Assembly (NCBI RefSeq): GCF_036971445.1
Contig: NC_091478.1
Span: 95,852,001-95,916,000, forward strand
Direction of reading: 5' to 3'
DNA from: Narcine bancroftii
Lineage: Eukaryota
Length of the DNA stretch: 64,000 nucleotides
Part shown: in pieces, positions 48,801-61,524 of the stretch
Numbering within the stretch: the stretch's first letter is position 1
Layout: each line of letters opens with the position of its first letter
The notes under the pieces: model-generated
Databases searched by the model: none
The model's input: only the letters and a program-made list of their open reading frames with translations
Told to the model about the DNA's origin: nothing
Translations under genes and position numbers: made by a program

Positions 48801-49898
48801 AGAGTGAGGATTGAGGAGAGGAGTAAGGGTGAGGAGAGTTTGCAGAGTGAGGATTGAGGAGAGGAGTAAGGGTGAGGAGAGGAGTAAAGGTGAGGAGAAT
48901 TTGCAGAGTGAGGATTGAGGAGAGGAGTAAGGGTGAGGAGAGTTTGCAGAGTGAGGATTGAGGAGAGGAGTAAGGGTGAGGCGAGTTTGCAGAATGAGGA
49001 TTGAGGAGAGGAGTAAGGGTGAGGAGAGTTTGCAGAGTGAGGATTGAGGAGAGGAGTAAGGGTGAGGAGAGTTTGCAGAGTGAGGATTGAGGAGAGGAGT
49101 AAGGGTGAGGAGAGTTTGCAGAGTGAGGGTTGAGGAGAGGAGTAAGGGTGAGGAGAGTTTGCAGAATGAGGATTGAGGAGAGGAGTAAGGGTGAGGAGAG
49201 TTTGCAGAGTGAGGGTTGAGGAGAGGAGTAAGGGTGAGGAGAGTTTGCAGAGTGAGGGTTGAGGAGAGGAGTAAGGGTGAGGAGAGTTTGCAGAGTGAGG
49301 GTTGAGGAGAGGAGTAAGGGTGAGGAGAGTGCAGAGTGAGGATTGAGGAGAGGAGTAAGGGTGAGGAGAGTTTGCAGAGTGAGGGTTGAGAGGAGTAAGG
49401 GTGAGGAGAGTTTGCAGAGTGAGGGTTGAGGAGAGGAGTAAGGGTGAGGAGAGTGCAGAGTGAGGATTGAGGAGAGGAGTAAGGGTGAGGAGAGTTTGCA
49501 GAGTGAGGGTTGAGGAGAGGAGTAAGGGTGAGGAGAGTTTGCAGAGTGAGGATTGAGGAGAGGAGTAAGGGTGAGGAGAGTTTGCAGAGTGAGGGTTGAG
49601 GAGAGGAGTAAGGGTGAGGAGAGTTTGCAGAGTGAGGATTGAGGAGAGGAGTAAGGGTGAGGAGAGCTTGCAGAGTGAGGATTGAGGAGAGGAGTAAAGG
49701 TGAGGAGAGTTTGCAGAGTGAGGATTGAGGAGAGGAGTAAGGGTGAGGAGAGTTTGCAGAGTGAGGATTGAGGAGAGGAGTAAGGGTGAGGAGAGTTTGC
49801 AGAGTGAGGATTGAGGAGAGGAGTAAGGGTGAGGATTGAGGAGAGGAGTAAGGGTGAGGAGAGTTTGCAGAGTGAGGATTGAGGAGAGGAGGAGTAAG
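45888..49898. repeat. 43-bp purine-rich minisatellite (gagagtttgcagagtgaggRttgaggagaggagtaagggtgag)n, ~4 kb, roughly 90 units
   Basis: Direct tandem repetition; source of the spurious 1370-aa ORF. Confidence 0.97.
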
Positions 49899-50209
49899 GA
49901 GTCTTACTGTATATAAGATTAGTTCAGGAAAGTGCCATGAAAAGTTAAGTGGCCTCCTTGTGATTCTATTATGTAACATTAGTCAGACAATGGCTTAAGC
50001 TCTACATATACGTCTGGTCACCATACTACAGAAAATATGCAATTACATTGAAGATGAGGAAATGTCTGGACTAGACAATTGTAGCCATGAAGAAAGATTA
50101 GTAATTTGGGCTTTATTTCTTTAGGACAGAGGAGGCAGAGGGGAGACGATTGCAGAGTTAACATTTTAATTAACATAATAGAAATAACAGAAAATATTGG
50201 AAAGCTTTG

Positions 50210-51680
50210 GGTATAACCATATAACAATGACAGCACAGAAACAGGCCAATTTTCCCCTTCTTGTCTGCACTGATCCAAGTACCCTCCTCTAATCCCATTT
50301 ATCAGAACTCTGCCCATCCCCCTCCCATTCCATCCATATACTTATCCAACTCTCTTAAATGACAAAATTGACCCTGCCTCCACCACCTTTCCCGGAAGCC
50401 CATTCCATCCAGTAACCACTCTAAAGAAGTTCCCCCTCATGTTACTCCTAAACCTTTGCCCGTCAATTGTCAACCTATGATCTCCTGTATCCATTTCTCC
50501 TACTCTCAATGGGAAAGCTTTTCCACATCAACTCCATCTATCCCTTTCATCTTAAACATCTCTATCAAATTCCCTCAGCCTTCTTTGTTCCAAGCAATAA
50601 AGACCTAATTTGCTCAATCTTTCCTTGTATTCCAGATGCTGAAACACAGGCAACATTTTTGTAAATCTCTGCACTCTCTCTATCTTGTTAATATCCTTCC
50701 TATAAATTGGTGACCAGAATTGCACACAGAACTCTAAATTTGGCCTCACCCAATGCCTTGTACAGTTTCATCATTACTTCCCAACTCCTATATCCTATGC
50801 ACTTATTTATATAGGCAAGCATGCTAAAGGCCTTCTTCACCACCCTATCCACATGCGCTCCTACCTTCAGGGAACAATGCACCGCTATTCCTAGATCTTT
50901 CTGCTCCACTGCATTCTTCAATGCCCTCCCATGTCTTGCTTTGATTATTCTTTCCAAAATGAAGCACCTCACACTTCATTAAACTCCATCTGCCATCTTT
51001 CTGCCCACTCCTCTAAACAGTTTAATTCCCTCTGCAATCTTTGAAAACCCTCTTCATCATCCACAATTTCCCCCTATTTTAGTATCATCTGCATATTTAC
51101 TAATCCAATTTACCACCCCATCCTCCAGATCATTAATATATATGACAAACAGCAACGGTCCCGATACTGAACTCTGAGGTACACCACTTGTCACCGGCCT
51201 CCATCCTGACAAACAATTATCTACTACTACTCTCTGGCACCTTCCTTCCAGAATCCATTTGATTATCTCCAAATTAATACCCAAGGACTTAGCCTTCCTT
51301 ATCGAAGGCCTTACTGAAGTCCATATACTCAACATCCACTGCTCTACCCTCATCAAAAATTCAAAAAGATCGGTCAAACACAACCTCCACTCACAAATCC
51401 GTGTTGAGTGTCCCTGATCAGACCCTGTCCCTCCATATACTTGTATATACTATCTTTAAGAAGACTTTCCATCAATTTACCTACCACAGACGTCAAACTT
51501 ACAGGCCGATAATTGCAGCTTGCTCCTCAAACCCTTTTTTAAACAAAGGAACCACATGTGCAGCACGCCAATCCTCTGACACTATACCTGTTTCTAATGA
51601 CATTTGAAAAATCTCTGCCAGAACCTCCGCTATTTCCTCACTAACTTCTCTCAAGGTCCTGGGGAAAATCCTGTCGGGTA
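50210..51680 (-). mobile_element. CR1 LINE, ~1.5 kb 3' portion, degraded
   Basis: Antisense VTSGVPQSSVSGPLLFVIYINDL...SKYADDTKIGG and RPNLEFCVQFWSP, with frameshifts. Confidence 0.9.
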
Positions 51681-52774
51681 TGATATCCTCTGAACTTTAT
51701 GGCCTATATCCTAACATTCTAAAAGATGGAGTGCCAGAGATGATGAATACAGTGGTTGTTGTCTACAAAAATTATTTGGGTTTAGGTTAATTTCTGAATA
51801 GAAAACAGCATATTTATCACTATCTTAAGAAGAAAATAATAAAAAAGACAGGAACATGCCAGTTAGCTTGATTCTGCTGTCAGAATATGGCTGGTGATTA
51901 CATTTAAGTAAATGTTGTTTACTCATGCAGAAGGCAACCAGCATAATTCAGTCTTGGAAGAGCTATATTGAGATCCAGGCTTTTTTGTTGGGTTGTTACA
52001 TCACTGGAAGATTGGCTTTTCAAGCTCCCTCTCGAGCCTTCATATTTTCCGATAAAGAGAGGCTTAAACTAACAGTCACTCTTGGCATTGCTTGAAGGAG
52101 AAGAGTAGTGTGATTGTTGGGTGGCTTGAGGCACACAGCAGTATCTCTTCCCTTGATATAAAAATACATGAGGGCATCCTCTTCCAAAAGAAACAAATCA
52201 GGAAGGAAGACAGTGACCCTCCAAAACAAGCCGTGTTAAATACATTAAACTCTTGTTTTGGAGAATAGCCACCTTTCAGCTCCTTTGGGAAATTCTCTAC
52301 CGTCACAGCTTACGCATTTCTGTTCCATGAATATAATGCAAGTTGTAGCTTAACTTGAATGCATTTGAACCATTCCTCACATTCATTCAAGTCTTGCTAT
52401 AACTGCTTTTCCTACTTGGCTCTTTCCATTAAAATAAACACAACAAAGTTTACCTGGCTTTGCCTCGATGCTTCTCCATCCTGTTCTGCTTCAACACACT
52501 CTCTTCCTTACTATCCTTTATCAGTCTCTCCATCTTGGATCCTCATCCCATGCCAGACTACTTTAAAGCCTTTTGGGTGAATCTTGTAAATCATCCTGCC
52601 AGTATATTAACATAATTAATTGCTGACATTTCTAATCAACTCCATATTCAATATCATAGCCCCAACATTTGTAGATGAATAGGATGTTGCTGATCTGGAT
52701 TATTGGACTCCTGCCCAGTAACCACTGAAAGGCATGACTTAAGTTCATTTTTAACCCATCGGTCATAATTAGAC

Positions 52775-54780
52775 TTTTTTTGAATATTTTATTTTAATTT
52801 TATGATTAAACAAGTATCAATAATTATCCACAAATATATATATGTGAAAGGACTCACCGATATGTTGTTCAAATTTTCAAAAAAAAGAAAAAACTCCATC
52901 CCTCTTCCCCCAAGCAAAAACCGCTCAAAAAGAAAGAATGGAAAAAGAAATAATGAAGAAAAAGAAAGAAAAGATATAGGAAATAAAGTGTAAGAAACTG
53001 TTGGGTTCCAGATTCCAGCTCAGAAAGTCCAGTTTTTATTTTTTAACCTACATCACAAATACAGGAGAAAAAAAAGATTTAAAAAAAATCAAAAAAGTGT
53101 GATTGTCTAATGTATTCAACCCTATATTTATAAATATGGTTGCCATACCCACAAAAACATTGTATTTTTCCATTACACTGTAAGTAATTTTCTCCAGGGA
53201 AACACAACAAAGCATTTCTGCATTCTTCAGGCTATGTCCAGAAGGGAATCAGACTTTCAGGTAACTGCAATGCAATCTTCAGAAATTCTAATTGATACCT
53301 GGACAGCCTCATTTTAGGTCTATGTCCATTTCCTAGAAGAAACAATTCTGGACTTAGCGGGAAATGCTTCCTAATAATCTGATTTAATAAAATATTCCAA
53401 AATTCTCCCAAAAAGGTTTCAGTTTAGAGCATGACCAGGTAGAATGTTAAAAGGTACCTGTTTCTTCCTACATCTAAAACATATATCAGATATATTAGAA
53501 TTTAATTTATGTAATTTCTGTGGGGTAAAATGTAGCTGATACAAAAAATTATATTGCACCAATTTATATCTTACATTAATTGTATTAGTCATGCAGTCTT
53601 GACATAAATCAAACAAGTTCTTATCATTAATAGTAATATTCAAGTCTAATTGCCATCTTTGTTTTGATTTATATAACTTCAGCTTGGGAATGCCCGATCG
53701 AAGTAGTAAATACATTATTGAATTAATTTTCTTTGTGATCGCCTTTCAAATTAGAATCTTCATTTCACTGCACTTTGGTAAAATCATGGTCCTAATACAT
53801 CTCTTTAAAAAAAGCTCTTAATTGAAAGTAGCAGAAGATTGTATTATTATGGATATTGTATTTATTTTTTTAACTGTTTGAATGACATTAATTGCCCTTG
53901 TACATTGCAATCTTCTACATAGCCGATCCCTTTGAGGGACCAGGCATGTAGAATTAAATTGTCCATAGTTAAAGGAATTATTTTATTTTGAATCAAGGGT
54001 GTTTTCTTTGAACCAATTAAATTATTACAATTTGAGCCAGATATTTAAAATGTGTTTTATTAATGGTGCCTCTTTTTCATCAAAAATAAATTTATAATCT
54101 CATTTATATATAAAATCTTCTGCCATTCTCTCTCCGACTTTATGCATTTCAATTTCCGTCAAAGAGGGAAGAGACAAATTTCATTTGGCCTGCCCAATAG
54201 TAATATTTGAAATTTGGGAGTTGTAAACCTCCCATATGATATTTCCAAGTTAAATTTTCTATGGAGATTCTAGCTAACTTACCTTTCCAAAGAAATTTCC
54301 TAATTAATTCATTCACGTTTTGAAATAATTTCTGCAATAATGATTTTGGAAGAATCTGGAAAAGATATTGTAGATGTAGAAATGCATTCATTTTAATACA
54401 ATTTACTCTTCCAATTCATATTATTGGGAGAATAACCCATTTTCTTAAATCTTCTTCAACTTTATTAAGCAAGGGGAGATGGTTCAATTTATACAAATTT
54501 TAAAATCATTATCCACTTTGATCCCCAAATATTTATTGGTCATATGAATTGTGTGTTCCCATCCGTTAAAGATATAATCTCATTCTTATTCCAATTTTTT
54601 TTATACCCAGAGACCCTCTGCAAATACCAGTTGCAAATGTAGTCTTTATAGAGAAGTCACAGGTTCTGTCAGATATATTAATGCATTACCCCTTAATGTT
54701 TGGATCCTGTTGAATAGTTTCCGCTAAGGGTTTTATGGCCAATACGAAGAGGGCTAGACATAGTGGACATTCTTGTCTAG
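52775..54780 (-). mobile_element. L1-clade LINE, ~2 kb 3' portion, degraded
   Basis: Antisense YLFQILP...KFLWKGKLARIS...GGLQLPNFKYYYWA and QYNFLYQLHFTPQKLHKLNSNISDICFRC (L1 ORF2 post-RT and zf-RVT regions). Confidence 0.85.
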
Positions 54781-55861
54781 GACATAATTAGACTTGTAAA
54801 GATTCTTTCCCAGACCAAGCATAAATTTCTAACTACTTATTATCTTGACCTTGAAATTAATCTGACAGACTGCCAGAATTCCCTTCCAACCTCCCAGCAA
54901 CACTTACTTACAAGTCAACACATTTAAAATTTGTCTTGCTTTGAATAATACATTTTTAACAGTTTGTTAAAAATCTGCTGTAGAATGAAGTCATTACCAT
55001 TGCAAAGCAAATGTGAATGACAAAAATTGAACTTTATGTCAACACAATTGATTAAATTTTAAAACATGGATACTTCACGAAAATTGCAGTTAAATATTTC
55101 TTGAAACCAAATGTTGTTGATAGGATTTTTAAAAAATATTTCGCTGTTATCAAACTTGTTGCAGACTTGGACTAAGATGGAATAAAGCAGAAAATTTCAA
55201 GGTTTATCAGACATCAGTAGTGACAGTGGAGATTATTTTGCAAATAACCTGCATGCTCCAGTAAGAGGAGAAATTCACCAGTTCCCCTCCTGATTAATGT
55301 GACCTGAATACTGAATTGTACACATTTAGAGGTCAAGTGCTGATGACATTTTGTGCTACTGTATCCAGTAACTGGATAATTTATTAACTCTATCCAATCT
55401 TATATGTGAATAAGCACTTCATTGAGGTATTAGAAAGGAAGTAACGCCCATGAAATCAAGAAACTGCAGAAAACAAAACCCAAATAATAATGTTTCCAAG
55501 AACAAAGTAATTTTTAATCAACTTTTGATAAAATTTGTAATACTACACTTTCTTGGAGGCTAAATGCTTACAAGATGTTATATGGGTAAAATAAAATAAG
55601 GATAAAATTCAAGAATAAATTTAGAGGGAAATAAGCTGAATGCAAGCAAATGACACCAGCTTCAGAGACAACTTGGTCAGCATGGAAAAGTTAGGTTATG
55701 GCCTGTTTACATGCTGTAAGACTGACTAAGTTTCTTGCAAGGAAGTACATCAATCTTATGAAGCAGTGCATTTGTCACTCACTGGAGATCAATTCTGCAT
55801 TTTAAATTACAGGACCCACTGTCTCTTGTTCTTTTAAAAGCCTGAGAATCTAAAAAAAAAG

Positions 55862-55901
55862 ATGGAAAACCAAGAAAGAACAAATAGCAGCACACTTTGT
55901 G
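55862..55901 (+). CDS. TERB1: TERB1 first coding exon (40 nt, MENQERTNSSTLC-G)
   Basis: Strong Kozak aagATGG; upstream acceptor candidates at 55812 and 55840; phase-1 gtaaga donor joins 60235 in frame; short ATG exon like mammalian TERB1. Confidence 0.7.
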
Positions 55902-56199
55902 GTAAGATGTTTCTATAACAAGTTATTTTGATGTTTTGATTTACTAGACAATGGCCCAGATTTCACAGAGAATTGTGACTATCACTAGGCACAGGACAGA
56001 TGCTATTTCCTTAAGCAGGTGCTATAGTTCAAGATTTCCATATGTGCGTATATGAACATGTGGGTAAAAGACATGATATCCGGCACCTATGAAGATTGGT
56101 ATATGCCAGGTAATTATATTTTCTGATTGTTTGAGACTGACTGACTCTTACAATGCCTAACTTATACACCTGCATTAAGAATAAACAATTTAAAGGACT

Positions 56200-57178
56200 T
56201 GTTACGAGCCCAGAGGACCCATAAACCCAGCACCAAGACAAATGGTTACTTAAACAAAAGTTGCTTTTAATTATCTTTAAACATGAAAATAGAATCACAT
56301 TTTAACTTATAACTAACCTAACATAACCCCCTTCTAATTCTAAGCGCACGAGTATCTAATGTGTGTGTAAGTTCAGTAAAGTTCTTTGATTCACAGTCCA
56401 ATCTCACTTCTCATTCCTCCAAGTTCACTGGTTGCAGGCAATTGTTACACTGTGCACAGAATTTAACATTTATAAAGTTCATCAGGCTTTGGTGCTTGAA
56501 ATGTAAATGGTTACTGCTCTGGAAGGTTCTTGTCAGTTTTCAGAGAGAGATTTGTTGTTCCAGGACATCTACAACTGATGTACGTCCATCAGTCACCTCA
56601 GTGTCTTGCTGACGAAACTTGCCCCTTCAGGGTTTTCCAGATGATAACCTCTTTCTTTCAGGTCACCACAGAGTTCCTTTTTGTTTCTCTAATTCCAAGT
56701 GAAACATTAGACAGCTAGTCCACTCCTCTTGCATGAACCACAAGGGCTTTGAACAGGTCATCTTAAAAATGGACTTTCCATAAGTTTGCCAGGTTGTCCT
56801 GTTCCAGTCGAAGCTGCTGTTACTGGCTGTAACACTGGAGAAGTGATCTCTCTGTGTGTCTCTCTCTCTGAGAGAAAGACTGTTTTACTCTCTCTGCCTG
56901 CAAAACCACATGACCCTCTTAGAACAGCGAGCTCTCTTCCAGACAGAGGCAGCCCCGACATGCTCTTTCATCTGTTGCCTTTTGTAAACAACAGTCCATT
57001 AGTGAAGTCCCTTGAGCACTCCTCGAAGCTCTTGCAAAAGCTCTGAGGCCCTGATATGTCTAGCATGGGGCAGTGCTCCAGTATTTTAAATAAGATTTGT
57101 TTTAAAGTGTTTGTTTGTGACCTACTCTAACAAACCTTTCCTGATTTATTTCCCAAAAACATATGTATATACTCTATA
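56200..57178 (-). mobile_element. Solo LTR-like repeat, family A (related subfamily)
   Basis: Begins tgttacgagcccagaggacc; colinear with 30022-30960. Confidence 0.7.
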
Positions 57179-58891
57179 CTCTTTCTCAGGCTGCACTTAT
57201 AATGAACAAACTTCACTTGTATGAATATATAAACCTTAAAGCATTTTACTTTATTTTCAGTCACATTCTTTTAAAACATTTAACTGTAGCTGTTTCTGCA
57301 GGTTCCTCCCCCTCCACAGAGCCGCCTGAAAGACAAACTTAACATTATAGATAATTAACCCCTCCCCCTAAATTTACTGACTGGGACAACTCTTACTAAA
57401 CAGGGATAAGGAGGCACTTTAAGAGAGCCATCCCAATGGCGGGTGGCATCAACCAGCTCTTCATCCTGGGCGATGCCATTTTATTCAAACACAACTTTAT
57501 TCAAACAGCTGCTACAAGCAAAGCACGACCAAGGCACTCCACTGGCTCAGTATTTGCTCCCATCTTCCTGAAATGCTTATATGTTACTTCAGAGAACACT
57601 TCTACAATTTTAAACTTGCATATTTTTTACCTATTTTATTCTTTTTTTCAATGTATTTTCCTCTATTTTTTGCCGGTTGATTGAATTCTGGATTCCAGGA
57701 GTTTTACTGTATTTCTTATTTGACCACTTTTCAGCAGCACTTCTCCAATATTCTGATTTTAATGGAGGAACAGAAAGGTGTGGCAACTTTCCAGCATGTA
57801 CTAGGAAATCTATCTGTAAATCCTGTGCTAGGCTGCACAGCACGATGGTACATTGTTGGTAATGGTATTCAAATCGTGAATTTGCAGATAAATTACTGGG
57901 ATGCACAATAACTGAAGAGTGGTGGTGTTGATACTTTATCTAACCCTCCAAAAATTCAGATAATGATGGAGAATTAGGAAAGGACGAAGAGAAATTTGTG
58001 AAAAGTTGTTCCAGGAGAGTTTCTTTATCCAACATGTCATTATTCAATTTGCTGTCGGGAATGACATGGCTGAACCAAGTGCCGATAGACCATTGTATCA
58101 TAAGGTTTCAATAAATGAGGAGAGACAAGGAATAGTCCAGTAGAACTTCAAAACTGGAATATGACTGACTTTAATGATATGAGAAGGGATTCGGCCAGCG
58201 ATCAATAGGAAAAACTATAATATAACACTGGGAGATATTAAAGGAAGAGGCACAGTCACAAAAGTGAAAGGTTCCAAACCCAGGCTACCTAGATTTATGA
58301 GTGAGGTAGAGAACATAATGAAATAAAACAAAAGATGTGATGTACGTCAAATGAACAGAATATAGATATGATCCAGATTGGGGAGACAAATATCTCTGGA
58401 ACAGTCAAGAGAAGTATATGGTGATTCATTTAACAGATGGAATGGGGAGAAGCAATATAGAGCTCTGAGCCCAGTATGATGCTTTCATTTCAGTGGATAA
58501 AATGGCACTAAGAACAGCAAGGGCTGAACTCTCCCTGAGAATTAGGAAAGCAATGTAGAGGTACATACAGAAGATCCACAGACAACTGTGCGACACTGAT
58601 GACACAAGGCACATGTAGCAAGGTATTAAAACAGACCAGCACGTGGGTGTATTTGGACACCGCGAGATCATGGGCTGTAAGGGCCTGCTACCATGTTGTA
58701 TCTCTAAATTTTAAAAGATTATTAAAAAATACAATAGGTACACATCTTTCTCTACATTCATTGCACCATTAGTTTAATAGATCCACGTGCAGTGTGTCAG
58801 TTCCACTCCTGAACAATGCAACATGGAGCATTTGAGAGACTGTTGCATAGGGCTCACCTACTCAGTGTACAGTGACAGCAGGACCTTAGAC

Positions 58892-59073
58892 CAGCCATTC
58901 TTAATGGGGAGCACAGCACATTTAAGGGTGAGACCATGGACTGAAATCATTTTTTTTATATGTAGTCGGGAGGAGAGAAGTACGGAAGAAACCAGCAAAA
59001 CTTATCTGCTTCAAAGGGGTGGGGGAGGGGCATAAACTTTGAGCAGGGCCCTAAGAGATGTTGAGAATGGCTG
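58892..59073. mobile_element. hAT-type MITE (~180 bp)
   Basis: TIRs cagccattcttaa / ttgagaatggctg; degenerate 8-bp TSD ccttagac / ctttacac. Confidence 0.6.
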
Positions 59074-59553
59074 CTTTACACTGTGGTCATTTTCCACAAA
59101 CCTTTGCAGTAGCGCATTGAACTTCATTCTGTCCCTCAGCACAAACTCCTGCATCTCAAAATATGCCAATCAGCAGTATTGCTTGTGAAGGTATTAAATA
59201 GAGTAGCCATAACTAGAATACTGCATCCAATTTTGGTTACCACACATTAGGGAAAATATAAAGGTCCTTGGGAAAGTTCATACAAGCTGTATTCCAGGGA
59301 TATTTCTTTACAAAGTAAAGTTTTTTTTTCTTGTTGAACTAAATGGGGTTAAGAAAAAACAAAGAATTGCTGTAGGCACTCAGCAGGCCAGACAGCATCT
59401 ATGGATAGAAAAACATTTTGAATCAAAAGCACTTATCAGGGCTAAGATAAAGTAGGTGAAATTACAAATATAAAGGGGGAAAGAAGCTGTGGAAGGGGCC
59501 CAGAGGCAAGTGGGAGATGGAGAGACAGGTCGAGGGAGAAACCATTAGGAAGG

Positions 59554-59810
59554 TGTGGTGGTACACCACTGGCCTACTTCAGAGGGCAACCTCTGTACCT
59601 GCAAAAGAGCATGTGGACAAGGCAACACCTGGCCGGCTATCAATCAACTGACCTGAATAGACCAAGCCCCACCCGGTCGGGTGTTAATCACCCTCCGAGA
59701 TATAAGCCTGAGCCGGCCCTTCGAAGACATTCTCAGAGTTTACAGCAAGACAATCTCACAGCTGGCTCTGGAAATTTACGTCGAATAAAGCCGACCAACA
59801 GCGCACCACA
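59554..59810 (+). mobile_element. Short solo LTR (257 bp), Gypsy-like
   Basis: tgtggtg...caccaca inverted termini; perfect 5-bp TSD gaagg (59549-59553, 59811-59815); TATA-like tataag at 59701; AATAAA 59784-59789. Confidence 0.85.
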
Positions 59811-60234
59811 GAAGGGGAGTGGGAAAAGAAAAGTTAGAGAAAAAAATGGTTCCCATTAATTCCTGGTAAGGGACTATTAAACATACATTTAAGATTTTAG
59901 GTGTGGGATATAGGGAGAATGTGAGGGAAGATTTATAAACATGGTCTATGTTTTCAAAAAGAAATTGAATAGTCACCTGAGGGAAGGTAGACTTGTAAGT
60001 TTTTGGAGATAAAAGCTGGGGTACAGGTCTAACTGGATTGCTTCACGAGCTGGTATGGTGTTGAAGCATCGAATGACTCCTTTGGTTCCAGATAATTTTA
60101 TAGCAAGTTGTGTACATAAGGATTCTGGTTGAGATGGTTTTGAAACTCATTTTTTAAGTGTTTTCCTTTTTGTTGTGTAAATTTGACACCTTGTGTGCAG
60201 ATACCACAATGTGCTATTTATATTTAACATACAG

Positions 60235-60345
60235 GGTTAAAAACAGACCTAGATCTACTACTCGAATGTCTGAAGTATCAGATGGACTGTCCTGAGACAC
60301 AGAAACAAGCCCTGGTTACTATTTATTCCATATGTCAACAGAATT
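60235..60345 (+). CDS. TERB1: TERB1 (CCDC79) second coding exon (111 nt), start of ARM-repeat domain
   Basis: (G)LKTDLDLLLECLKYQMDCPETQKQALVTIYSICQQN matches recalled human TERB1 MKTDLNLLLECLKYQMDNAFSQKEALVTIHSICQQN; cag/gtaagt sites; synteny with NAE1. Confidence 0.93.
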
Positions 60346-60536
60346 GTAAGTTAGACTATATGTTAACGTTATATTCAATTTATATGTTTTGAAATGTATA
60401 GATTCATTACATTAGTTTAAATATTATTAGCTTGTACAGTCAGGATGGTGTTTCCCTGAGCTGTCTCACATTTCATCTCTAATATTCATATAGATGTATA
60501 AAGTAGAAGAACGAGACCACAATTACAAAGTGTGTA

Positions 60537-61365
60537 TAGTACAACTCCGATTATCCAAAATGTAGGACCGGGCCAACGTTGGATAATTTTTTTTGTAAAA
60601 CTGGACATTTTTTTTAAAACAGCCCAGTAGCAACAGCAAATCGTGTATCAATGTTTAAATAACAACAAACAACAAGGGAAGGCTTTTTAAGTATTAAAAT
60701 AATAGTTAATTCTCATCAAAAAAAATGTTGGCCACAACCACGTTGCCGATCACCAAGACCATCCCACTGTTGCCGCTGATCCACAGGGAGGCTTCATGGG
60801 CAGGTGGAACACTAACTGGTGAGTAAGCAGGCTCCTGGCTCTCCAGTCTCCGGAGCTCCCAATGTCCAAGTCATGACTCTGAATTCACCCCTAGGCCTAC
60901 CGCCCACACAGACCGGGGAGTCCGATGTGCATGTGCGGTAGTAGGCTGAGGGAAGAGTTTGGCACCGGGAGTTCCGGTGTGCCAAGAAGGAGAGGGAAGG
61001 CTACTAAGCCTGAGGTCCTGCTCCTGCCCTGGAGGCCATTGTCCTTGATGATGCTGGGACAAGGGATTCTTCTGACTGCTTGTTGCTGAGAGTAGCATGC
61101 AGTTTGAGAGGAGAGTTGGAGAGAAACATCAATGGGGGAAGGTAAAGAAGAAATGGAAAGAGAGAGGGGAGGGAATCACCTGAAATGAGGTCAATCGTCG
61201 TTCTAATTTCATGTTGGTGAATTTTTTAAACCTGTGAGGTCAGTTCGCTACCAAAAAAATTTCGGATAAATAAGGATTTCTGATTTGTTTCAGATATCCT
61301 TATAAATCCAATTTTAAATTTTTTTTTCGGATAAATGAGGATTTCGGAGAGTCCGAGTTATACTG
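60537..61365. mobile_element. Non-autonomous Tigger/pogo-like DNA element (~830 bp)
   Basis: Imperfect TIRs tagtacaactccgattatccaaa / ttcggagagtccgagttatactg, each flanked by TA; repeated ttcggataaat subterminal motifs. Confidence 0.65.
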
Positions 61366-61524
61366 TAGTTAAAATTAAAAATTGATTAATACAACACAAA
61401 GACAGCATGAGGGATCTGTTGTAAGGCTCTAAGGCTATTGGTCTGCAATTTCACACTCTTATAGATGGAATTGGAATGATATTTGGCTGTCCAGCTATGG
61501 TTTAGAGTGAGTATAGTAGAGGAC

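Noticed and set aside
45867-49979. 1370-aa minus-strand ORF
   Set aside because: Translation of the 43-bp minisatellite cycling through three frames
61483-61524. N-terminus of the 592-aa ORF as a real start or domesticated RT gene
   Set aside because: The start is a non-ATG codon in flanking DNA outside the TSD; the element is simply 5'-truncated
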